Of a stretch of 64,000 nt of DNA, positions 38,868-47,396 are shown in pieces. Numbering within the stretch: position 1 is the first letter of the stretch; each line of letters begins with the position of its first letter. Both the position numbers and the translations under genes were made by a program. This stretch comes from Coleofasciculus sp. B1-GNL1-01. GTDB lineage: Bacteria; Cyanobacteriota; Cyanobacteriia; Cyanobacteriales; Coleofasciculaceae. The stretch lies in assembly GCA_040220235.1 (NCBI GenBank), contig JAVJTO010000017.1. One strand, written 5' to 3'. The notes below the pieces were generated by a model. That model ran no database searches. It worked only from the letters and a program-made list of their open reading frames with translations, and had not been told where the DNA came from.

Positions 38868-40760
38868 TTAGTTTGGCGAGGGAGTCACTCTAGACAGTTG
38901 AGACTGCGCCGCTTCATAACAATCCAGTTTACCTAGATCACGGCAAAGTTGAGCCGCTTGCTGTAAATCGTTGATCGCGGCTAACCGATTTCCCGATTGG
39001 GCTTGGGCTAACCCTCTTTCGTAGTAAGCTAAAGCATAATCAGGATTTCGTTCAATCGCTTGGGTGTAATCCGCGATCGCACCTAGAGTATCTTCAATTT
39101 CCTGACGGGCTACTCCTCGGTTATAGTAAGATTCTGCCGCCTCTGGATTCAATTGAATCGCTACTGTATAATCCGTTATCGCCCCGCGACTATCTCCTCG
39201 ACGCTGACGGGCTAAACCACGGTTTTGATAAGCTAGGGCATTATTGGGTCGTAAATTAATCGCGGTGGTACAGTCGTCAATCGCACCCTTTTGATTACCT
39301 AAATTAGAACGAGAACGACAGCGTTTCCAGTAAGCCGTGACCAGATTGGGTTTAAGTTGAATGGCTTGGGTATAATCGTCAATGGCAGCTTGTTCATCTC
39401 CTAAGTCGGCGTGGATTTGACCTCGATTCACCCAGGCTGGGGTAAAATTCGGGTCACGTTGCAAAACTTGAGTATAATCAGCTTTAGCCCCTTGGCGATC
39501 GCCTAATTCAAAGCGCAGATTTCCTCGTTGATAATAGGCGTCAGCATGTTGGGGATTGAGTTGAATCGCCTGAGTCAAATCAGCCAAGGCGGACTGAGTT
39601 TTTCCCTGATTCGCGTAAATCTTTCCCCGATAATAGTAAGCTGTCGCATTTTGCGGCTGATAGGTAATCGCTTGAGTATAGTAGTCAATCGCCGCCTCAG
39701 ATTGCTGGGCTTGTGCTTGGATTTTTCCTTGATGGAGAAAGTATTGCGCCATTAGGCGTTGCGGGAGGCGCAGGGTATACGCCAGAACTAACGCCGTGAT
39801 TCCCACCAATCCGATCGCCGTGAGGATAACCCAGGGTTTAAACTGACGACTGGGATAGGTAATTGTCGCGATCGCAGGATTGATATCCGGTAACGAGGGT
39901 AGAGAAAATTGAGTAACAGTGTTCCTCTCCGGGATACGACTGAGATCCGCTAGCACTGTTTTAGCGTGGTGATAACGATACTGGCGATCAGAATGCACCA
40001 TTTTCTCCAGAATCGCGGCTAACTCTGGGCTAACTTGGGTGTAAGCTTGCCAAGGGATGGTTGCACGTTGACCATTGTTCACTTGTTTGAGTTCTGCTAA
40101 CTCGCTGACGGATAATCCAGTCATCGCTTGAATGGCGATGATTCCCAAGGCGTACAAGTCACGATTAACGTGGAGGGGTTCGGGAAATGGTTGGGGGAAT
40201 CGATTAACAGAAGTCGGATGACGCGGATTGGGGGCGGATTGGTGGAATGATTGGGCGATTTGGGGACTCAGTTGGTGGATAATTCCCCAGGTTGTTAGCA
40301 CTAATTTGTCATCTCCTTGGCGGCGGATAATTGTGGAAGGTTTGAGGTTTCCCAAAACTGCGCCCTGTTTATGGACAAACACTAAGAGGTTGAGGAGTTC
40401 GTTTAACAGGCTAATTACATGATTTTCGGTCAGCGGATCACCGGGTATGAGTTCGTCAGTTAAAGGATGACCGCGAATAAACTCTTGAACGAGATAAAAC
40501 TGATTTATTTGGGCAAACGAGGTGATCAATCGGGGAATTTGGTCATGTTGACCCAGCTTTTTCAGCAATTCTGAGGTTTTTTCCAGACGGCTGAGAATAG
40601 ATGACCGAGTTGGAGAGGAGTTCGGCGGAAGTCGAATTTGCTTGACCACGCATTTAGGATGCTGGGGAGAGTGAATATCTACCACTAAATAAGTGCGACC
40701 CAATTCATCGGTATCCAGGACTTTAATGAGTTGGTAACGTCTTGCTAAGAGTTTGCCCAT
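38868..40760 (-). CDS. Ser/Thr kinase-like (pseudokinase) - TM - TPR protein (start MGKLL)
   Basis: Kinase fold (RYQLIK, CVVKQ, HDQIPRL, YLVQEFI) with degenerate catalytic motifs; ~8 TPRs after the TM. Confidence 0.85.
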   Translation of the reverse strand: MGKLLARRYQLIKVLDTDELGRTYLVVDIHSPQHPKCVVKQIRLPPNSSPTRSSILSRLEKTSELLKKLGQHDQIPRLITSFAQINQFYLVQEFIRGHPLTDELIPGDPLTENHVISLLNELLNLLVFVHKQGAVLGNLKPSTIIRRQGDDKLVLTTWGIIHQLSPQIAQSFHQSAPNPRHPTSVNRFPQPFPEPLHVNRDLYALGIIAIQAMTGLSVSELAELKQVNNGQRATIPWQAYTQVSPELAAILEKMVHSDRQYRYHHAKTVLADLSRIPERNTVTQFSLPSLPDINPAIATITYPSRQFKPWVILTAIGLVGITALVLAYTLRLPQRLMAQYFLHQGKIQAQAQQSEAAIDYYTQAITYQPQNATAYYYRGKIYANQGKTQSALADLTQAIQLNPQHADAYYQRGNLRFELGDRQGAKADYTQVLQRDPNFTPAWVNRGQIHADLGDEQAAIDDYTQAIQLKPNLVTAYWKRCRSRSNLGNQKGAIDDCTTAINLRPNNALAYQNRGLARQRRGDSRGAITDYTVAIQLNPEAAESYYNRGVARQEIEDTLGAIADYTQAIERNPDYALAYYERGLAQAQSGNRLAAINDLQQAAQLCRDLGKLDCYEAAQSQLSRVTPSPN

Positions 40761-41218
40761 ATTGATGCACGCTGACGCTCTGTGCAAAAATTATGACACG
40801 AAAGGCAAAATCCCCATTTTTGAAAAAAATCTGTTATGATAGCACGACAGAAAAAGCTCCAGAGGCTATCTGGAGCTGTTTTGAACCCGTGAATGTAGAT
40901 GAACCCGTGAATTAAGATTCAGTCGAAAGAGAAATTGTAATACATGTTGGACGAGATTGGCTACACATAAGCAGCCAATCTTTTACTTTTTTGGAAGCAT
41001 TTTGGGTTGAGGGCGGCTGGGGAAGCAATGTAGAGACGTGCCATGGCACGTCTGGAAGCTGGGGAAGATGGGGGAGATGGGGAAGGGATTTCCTAATCAA
41101 CAAAGGACGAATGACAAATGACAAATGACGAACATTTCTGTTAATTTTTCGTAACCTATTAGTGACCCCAAATATTTTATAAAGCTACACTTAAATTATA
41201 CGGTTAAGAAAAAAAGTT

Positions 41219-43654
41219 ATGTTAGCCTCAACCCCTCAGACATCTACTCCAGTCCCTAAAGATCAATCATTGATCCTCTGGTTTGATCAAATCCGACTGG
41301 ATGACCTACCCTTTGTCGGGGGCAAAAATTCCTCTCTGGGTGAAATGATTGGACAACTCACTCCCCAGGGAATCAATGTACCTACTGGGTTTGCGATTAC
41401 GGCGTATGCTTATCGTTACTTTATCGAAAGCGCCGATTTAGAAGTCAAACTGCGCCACCTGTTTGCAGATTTGAATGTAGATGATGTGAGTAATCTGCAA
41501 CAGCATGGGAAAAAAGCGCGACAGTTAATCCTCAGCATGGAGTTTCCCCTAGAACTGACCCAAGCCATTCGGGCAGCCTATCAGGAATTGTGCGATCGCT
41601 ATGGAGAGGGAACGGATGTGGCGGTTCGTTCCTCGGCGACGGCGGAAGACTTGCCAGATGCGAGTTTTGCAGGTCAACAGGAAACCTACTTAAATGTAAA
41701 TAGTTTCAAAGGCGTGCTGGAATTTACTCATAAATGCTTCGCCTCCCTGTTCACTAACCGCGCCATTGCTTATCGGGAACATAACGGATTTGACCACTTT
41801 GATGTGGCGCTTTCGGTGGGAATTCAGAAAATGGTGCGATCTGATTTAGCCTGTTCCGGGGTGATGTTTTCCATTGACCCCGAAACCGGGTTCAAAAATA
41901 CCGCCTTAATTACCGCTGCTTATGGCTTGGGCGAAACGGTGGTTCAAGGTGCGGTTAATCCCGATGAATACGTGGTCTTTAAACCGACATTAAAACAGGG
42001 ATGTCGCCCGATTCTGGAGAAACGCCTGGGAACCAAAGAAATTGAAATGATCTATGACGAAGGGGGTTCCAGACTGACGCGCAACGTGCGAGTCGCCCCC
42101 TGTGATCAAAAGAAATTCTGTCTTAAAGACGAAGAAGTCTTACAATTAGCGCGTTGGGCGGTACAAATTGAAGACCATTATTCTCAACTGCGGGGACTCT
42201 ATACTCCCATGGATATTGAATGGGCAAAAGATGGCATAACCGGGGATTTATTTATTGTCCAGGCGCGTCCGGAAACCGTACAATCCCAGAAATCAGCACA
42301 AGTTCTCAAAACCTATCAGTTGAATCAACGCAGCGAAGTATTAGTTACGGGACGTAGTGTGGGTGCAGCGATTGGTCAAGGAATCACCCATATTATTATG
42401 GATGCGTCTCACATTCATCTGTTTGAGCCGGGAGAAGTATTAGTAACTAACCGCACTGATCCCGACTGGGAACCGATTATGAAAAAAGCCAGCGCCATTG
42501 TCACCAACCAAGGGGGACGTACTTGCCATGCGGCAATTATTGCGCGAGAAATGGGAATTCCGGCAATTGTCGGCTGTGGGAATGCAACCGAGGTATTAAC
42601 CACGGGTCAAGGGGTGACAATTTCCTGTGCAGAGGGGGATGAAGGACGAGTTTATGATGGATTATTGCCTTTTGAAGTGCAAGAAACTCCTTTAAATAAT
42701 TTACCCCGCACCCGAACCCAAATTTTAATGAATGTAGGTAATCCAGATCAGGCTTTTGGTTTAGCCGCAATTCCCTGTGATGGTGTGGGTTTAGCACGGT
42801 TGGAGTTTATTATTGCCAATCATATTGAAGTTCATCCTCTGGCGTTGATTCATTATCATCAATTGCGGGATGAATCAGTGAAAGCGAAAATTACCCAGAA
42901 AACGAAGAATTATGCCGATAAACCCCAGTTCTTTGTCGATAAATTGGCGCGTGGAGTGGGGATTATTGCAGCGGCGTTTTATCCCAAGCCTGTAATTGTG
43001 CGGATGTCGGATTTTAAGAGTAATGAATACGCGAACCTTTTAGGCGGTCAGAGTTTTGAACCCAAAGAAGATAATCCCATGTTGGGGTGGCGAGGGGCGT
43101 CGCGGTATTGTGATCCGAAGTATCGGGAAGCCTTCGCGTTGGAATGTCAGGCGATACAGCGGGTAAGGGATGAGATGGGATTAACTAATGTAATTCCGAT
43201 GATTCCCTTCTGTCGCACGCCAGATGAGGGGCGTCAGGTGGTAGCAGAGATGGCGAAAAATGGTTTACCCCGTGGGGTAAATGGGTTGCAGGTGTATGTG
43301 ATGTGTGAGTTACCGAGTAATGTGATGGAGGCGGATGAGTTTGCTGAAGTGTTTGATGGGTTTTCCATTGGGTCAAATGATTTGACCCAATTGACGTTAG
43401 GATTAGACCGAGATTCAGCGTTAGTGGCGCATATTTTTGACGAACGAAATCGCGGTGTGAAACGGATGGTGAAGTTGGCGATACAAACGGCGAAAGAGTG
43501 TGGGCGTAAGATTGGTATTTGCGGTCAAGCGCCTAGCGATTATCCAGAGTTTGCCCAGTTTTTAGTGGAGGAGGGGATTGATTCGATCAGTTTGAATCCC
43601 GATTCAGTGTTAAAAACGCTGTTGATGGTGGCTGAAGTGGAAAGTCATTTGTAG
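41219..43654 (+). CDS. ppsA: Phosphoenolpyruvate synthase
   Basis: VGGKN, AVRSSATAED, GGRTCHAAIIARE (phospho-His), FSIGSNDLTQ and GICGQAPSD motifs. Confidence 0.97.
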   Translation: MLASTPQTSTPVPKDQSLILWFDQIRLDDLPFVGGKNSSLGEMIGQLTPQGINVPTGFAITAYAYRYFIESADLEVKLRHLFADLNVDDVSNLQQHGKKARQLILSMEFPLELTQAIRAAYQELCDRYGEGTDVAVRSSATAEDLPDASFAGQQETYLNVNSFKGVLEFTHKCFASLFTNRAIAYREHNGFDHFDVALSVGIQKMVRSDLACSGVMFSIDPETGFKNTALITAAYGLGETVVQGAVNPDEYVVFKPTLKQGCRPILEKRLGTKEIEMIYDEGGSRLTRNVRVAPCDQKKFCLKDEEVLQLARWAVQIEDHYSQLRGLYTPMDIEWAKDGITGDLFIVQARPETVQSQKSAQVLKTYQLNQRSEVLVTGRSVGAAIGQGITHIIMDASHIHLFEPGEVLVTNRTDPDWEPIMKKASAIVTNQGGRTCHAAIIAREMGIPAIVGCGNATEVLTTGQGVTISCAEGDEGRVYDGLLPFEVQETPLNNLPRTRTQILMNVGNPDQAFGLAAIPCDGVGLARLEFIIANHIEVHPLALIHYHQLRDESVKAKITQKTKNYADKPQFFVDKLARGVGIIAAAFYPKPVIVRMSDFKSNEYANLLGGQSFEPKEDNPMLGWRGASRYCDPKYREAFALECQAIQRVRDEMGLTNVIPMIPFCRTPDEGRQVVAEMAKNGLPRGVNGLQVYVMCELPSNVMEADEFAEVFDGFSIGSNDLTQLTLGLDRDSALVAHIFDERNRGVKRMVKLAIQTAKECGRKIGICGQAPSDYPEFAQFLVEEGIDSISLNPDSVLKTLLMVAEVESHL

Positions 43655-43814
43655 GGTGAATTTGTAGGGTGCGTTAGCGCAGCGTAACGCACCGACTTAC
43701 AGCAGTTTGCTCTGCTATGCGGTACATTGTCGATCCCCTAAATCCCCCTTAAAAAGGGGGACTTTGATTGTAGACGATCTTCGCTCTTCCTAGACATGAT
43801 AGAACGCAACTTGG

Positions 43815-43920
43815 TAAGCTGTTCGGCATTTAAACCATAATGTCAAGAATTGCGAGATCCTTGCCGTAGTGCGAGCATCTTGCTCGCTACTAATACCCAA
43901 TTTAAATGCATTACAGCTTA
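43815..43920 (+). mobile_element. MITE family A copy 3
   Basis: TAAGCTGTTCGGCATTTAAA...TTTAAATGCATTACAGCTTA. Confidence 0.88.
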
Positions 43921-44279
43921 TGAGTATCCATGATAGCGCGATCGCACTTTAAATTAAACTTTTTTAGTTCAAGTGTACTATATCAAGCGTCAAGCCCCCC
44001 TCAGTAGTGGATAAAGATAAATTGTAGAAGGGAATTGAAAAAAGTCTCATTAGCAAGCTAATAAGGTTAGCGATAATTAATTCAATTGTTGGTAAGTGTA
44101 AATTAAACAATAAGTAGTGTAATTTTATACAGTTTTCAAATAAAAATGGTTAATATTTGTATAGTCTTGTAAGAGTACGCTTAATAGTTAAGAGACTTGG
44201 CGACACATACAACTATTGAAACAAATTTAGGAGTATAATTTCTAACCAGCTAATCGCTTAACCCGACTAAGGGAAAAAG

Positions 44280-46991
44280 GTGGGAAATATGGCACAAAAA
44301 ACTCATCCGTTGCTGGTACAGGCATCGGAAAGTGAGGAAGCTGGAGAGGTAGAGTCCAGGGGAATACGGGAGATGTTGGGCAGATTGAGCCGCAAAAGTT
44401 GTTCAAAGCTGGCAGGATACACCAGAGTAGGCAGTGTAGCGCTCACCAGTTGTGTCTGGCTGGCTTGGGGTAGCAGCACTGTTGCCCAGATTATCCCCGA
44501 TGAAGCCTGGGGAGACGAACAATCGGTTCGTACCCCTAATGCTCCACTCCTTGACGGAACTCTAGCTGATTTTCTGATTGAGGCGGGAGCGACTCGTGGC
44601 GCGAACCGATTCCACAGTTTTGAACAATTTGATATTGGGGAAGGACAAAGTGTCTATTTTGATTCTCCCCAAGGCATTGAAAACATTTTTAGTCGGGTAA
44701 GGGGAAATGACGCTTCGGATATTCTGGGGACATTGGGTGTCAATGGTGGGGCAAATCTGTTTTTGATTAATCCCAATGGGATTATTTTTGGCGAGAGTGC
44801 CAAGCTAGATGTTAACGGTTCGTTTGTCGCAACGACAGCCAATGGTATTCAGTTTGGGGAACAGGGGTTTTTTAGTACCACACAGTTAGAGGCTCCTTCG
44901 CCATTACTGACAGTGAATCCTTCGGCGTTTCTGTTTAATCAAATCACACTAGGGAGAATTGAATCGCGCTCAGTTGCATTTGCCGGATTTACCCCATTAT
45001 TCCCTCTATTGGGATTGAAAGTCCCTGATGGTCAGAGTCTGCTGCTAGTGGGTGGAGATATCCTCATTGATGGACAATTTAACTTTGGAGGATTGGCTGC
45101 AATAGAAGGTCGATTGGAATTAGCCGCCGTTGCGGGTTCAGGAACAGTAGGACTGACTGTTGATGGCGATAGCCTCTCGTTGAATTTTCCCTCAGAAATA
45201 CCGCGAGGGGATATAGCCTTGACCAATGGCGCTTTTGTCACTACGGCGGGTGAAGGTGGGGGTGATATTCAAGTCTGGGGTAAGGAAATTACCCTAACTA
45301 ACTTTTCTCGACTTTTTTCTGGTTCTTTTGGTACAGGTAAGGGCGGAAATATTGTGGTGAATGCCTCCGAAAGAGTGCAAGCTAGTGGTTTGGAAAGTGG
45401 CTTTTTTGCAAACAACTATGCAACCGGAGACGGAGGAGATGTGATAGTTACAACACCTGTGCTACAGCTAAGGGATGGATCTCAGATTGTCACTGCTACT
45501 TTTGCTCAAGGCAATGCGGGCAATATAGTAGTGAATGCCTCGGAGTCGGTAAAAGTCAGTGGCAGCGTTACAGTTGATGGTACTCCAATTTCCAGTGGTC
45601 TGAGAACGGATGCTCGATTGGATGAGGGGAATGGAGGAGATATAACGATTAACACCCCTGTACTTGAGATGAAAGACGGCGCTGTAATTGCTAGTAGCAG
45701 TTCCCGTGACAGCACAGGTGATGGAGGGGATATAAAAGTATTTGCCTCAGAGTCGGTGCAACTGATGGGCGAGAGCCGTTTAACATCCCAAACAGCAGGG
45801 GAAGGCGATGCGGGTAATCTGAGGATTGATACGCCCTTACTGATGGTGCAAAATCAGGCAGAAATTACAGCAGATACCATTAGGAGGGGAAAGGCGGGAA
45901 TTATAGAAATTAACGCCGCTCAAGTGCAACTCGATGGTGGCGGAATTATTGCAAGTGGTACGTTTGGCGAGGGGGATGCTGGAGACATTTTATTGCAGGT
46001 GGAAGACAGTTTAACCATCTCTGGAGATGGCAGTGGAGTGCTGGCTGAGACAGGAGAAAACTCCAGTGGCAATGGCGGCAGTATCATGATTGATTCGAGA
46101 ACAGTAGTGGTTCGGGATAGAGGGCAAATCACTGTTGAAAGTGAAGGTATTGGAACAGGAGGAAATATTAGCCTTGAAGCCGATTCTCTTATCCTGGATA
46201 CTAATGCTGGTCTTTTGGCAGACACTGATGCTAACACAGGTGGTAATATTGTGCTTACTCTTGATGACCTGTTATTGTTGCGACGTGACAGTCGCATCTC
46301 GACAAATGCTGGTAAGGATGAAGAAAGGGGAAATGGCGGCAACATTATAATTGAAGCTGTTTTCATCGTTGCTGTTCCTAATGAAAACAGCGATATTACT
46401 GCCAACGCTTTTGAAGGACAGGGGGGTAACGTTACTATCACGACTCAAGGTTTGTTTAATCTAGTCATTCGCAGCCGCGAAGAGCTAGAAGCTTTACTGG
46501 GTACGAAGGAGCCTAGTGAATTAGATCCCATGAACTTGCAATCTAATGATGTTACTGCCATTTCACAAACGTCTCCTGAACTGAGTCGTATTCCTATCCT
46601 AATTTTGTTAGAACTAGACCCGTCTCAGGGACTGGTAGAGTTACCCGCAGAACTTGTAGACGTGACGCGGCTGGTTGAACAAAATCTTTGTGCTGCTGCA
46701 CAGGGAAGTGAATTTATCGTAACTGGACGTGGCGGTTTGCCTACGCCTCCGAATCAGATACTTAATGCTGATGCGGCTTGGGAAGATTGGCGGATAAGTA
46801 CTGTGGAGGAATCAACGGAGATGCAGCAATCTAACCGGAACAGTCGCCAAGACGTTACAGGAAATAAGCCAAATAAATTTGTCGAAGCTCAAGGTTGGTT
46901 TAAAGATGCCAATGGTACAATTATTCTTACGACAGAACCAACAGTTGTGACCCCTCACGCAACGGGTTCGCCATCGTTCCCCTGTCAATAG
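44280..46991 (+). CDS. Filamentous haemagglutinin-like (TpsA) exoprotein
   Basis: Signal peptide ending STVA-QIIPD; FHSF, NIFSRV and LINPNGIIFG TPS motifs; GxGGNI beta-helix repeats; C-terminal C...FIVTGRGGLP...EAQGW...C. Confidence 0.9.
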   Translation: MGNMAQKTHPLLVQASESEEAGEVESRGIREMLGRLSRKSCSKLAGYTRVGSVALTSCVWLAWGSSTVAQIIPDEAWGDEQSVRTPNAPLLDGTLADFLIEAGATRGANRFHSFEQFDIGEGQSVYFDSPQGIENIFSRVRGNDASDILGTLGVNGGANLFLINPNGIIFGESAKLDVNGSFVATTANGIQFGEQGFFSTTQLEAPSPLLTVNPSAFLFNQITLGRIESRSVAFAGFTPLFPLLGLKVPDGQSLLLVGGDILIDGQFNFGGLAAIEGRLELAAVAGSGTVGLTVDGDSLSLNFPSEIPRGDIALTNGAFVTTAGEGGGDIQVWGKEITLTNFSRLFSGSFGTGKGGNIVVNASERVQASGLESGFFANNYATGDGGDVIVTTPVLQLRDGSQIVTATFAQGNAGNIVVNASESVKVSGSVTVDGTPISSGLRTDARLDEGNGGDITINTPVLEMKDGAVIASSSSRDSTGDGGDIKVFASESVQLMGESRLTSQTAGEGDAGNLRIDTPLLMVQNQAEITADTIRRGKAGIIEINAAQVQLDGGGIIASGTFGEGDAGDILLQVEDSLTISGDGSGVLAETGENSSGNGGSIMIDSRTVVVRDRGQITVESEGIGTGGNISLEADSLILDTNAGLLADTDANTGGNIVLTLDDLLLLRRDSRISTNAGKDEERGNGGNIIIEAVFIVAVPNENSDITANAFEGQGGNVTITTQGLFNLVIRSREELEALLGTKEPSELDPMNLQSNDVTAISQTSPELSRIPILILLELDPSQGLVELPAELVDVTRLVEQNLCAAAQGSEFIVTGRGGLPTPPNQILNADAAWEDWRISTVEESTEMQQSNRNSRQDVTGNKPNKFVEAQGWFKDANGTIILTTEPTVVTPHATGSPSFPCQ

Positions 46992-47396
46992 TTAAATGGT
47001 TCGTGATACCCAATCCGCCTTTGTAACCTCCCTTTATACCTTGAGTCTTTTTGCCTGTTGCCTGTTGTCTAATTTTAACCGTTAACTTGACTTTTGTCCG
47101 ACTATTTATCAATTGAAAGGGGTTGGAGTTTTGGTGCATCTTGCTTCCTAAAATGTAGGAAGCTTTTCAAGATGGAAGCGGGTAGGATATCTGCACCGCT
47201 ATACAAGGTGCGTTACGCTCCGCTAACGCACCCTACAATTGCCTGAGGTGTTTGTCGTAAGCGCTGAAGCGCTTGTGGCACGCTTTGTGCCTACTACGAA
47301 CGAACATCAATATAGAAGGTTTGATGATATGAAATATCCAGTATCCTTACATGGAAATAAAATATCAAATGTCGGTGTTCCTCGGACGTTTAATGG

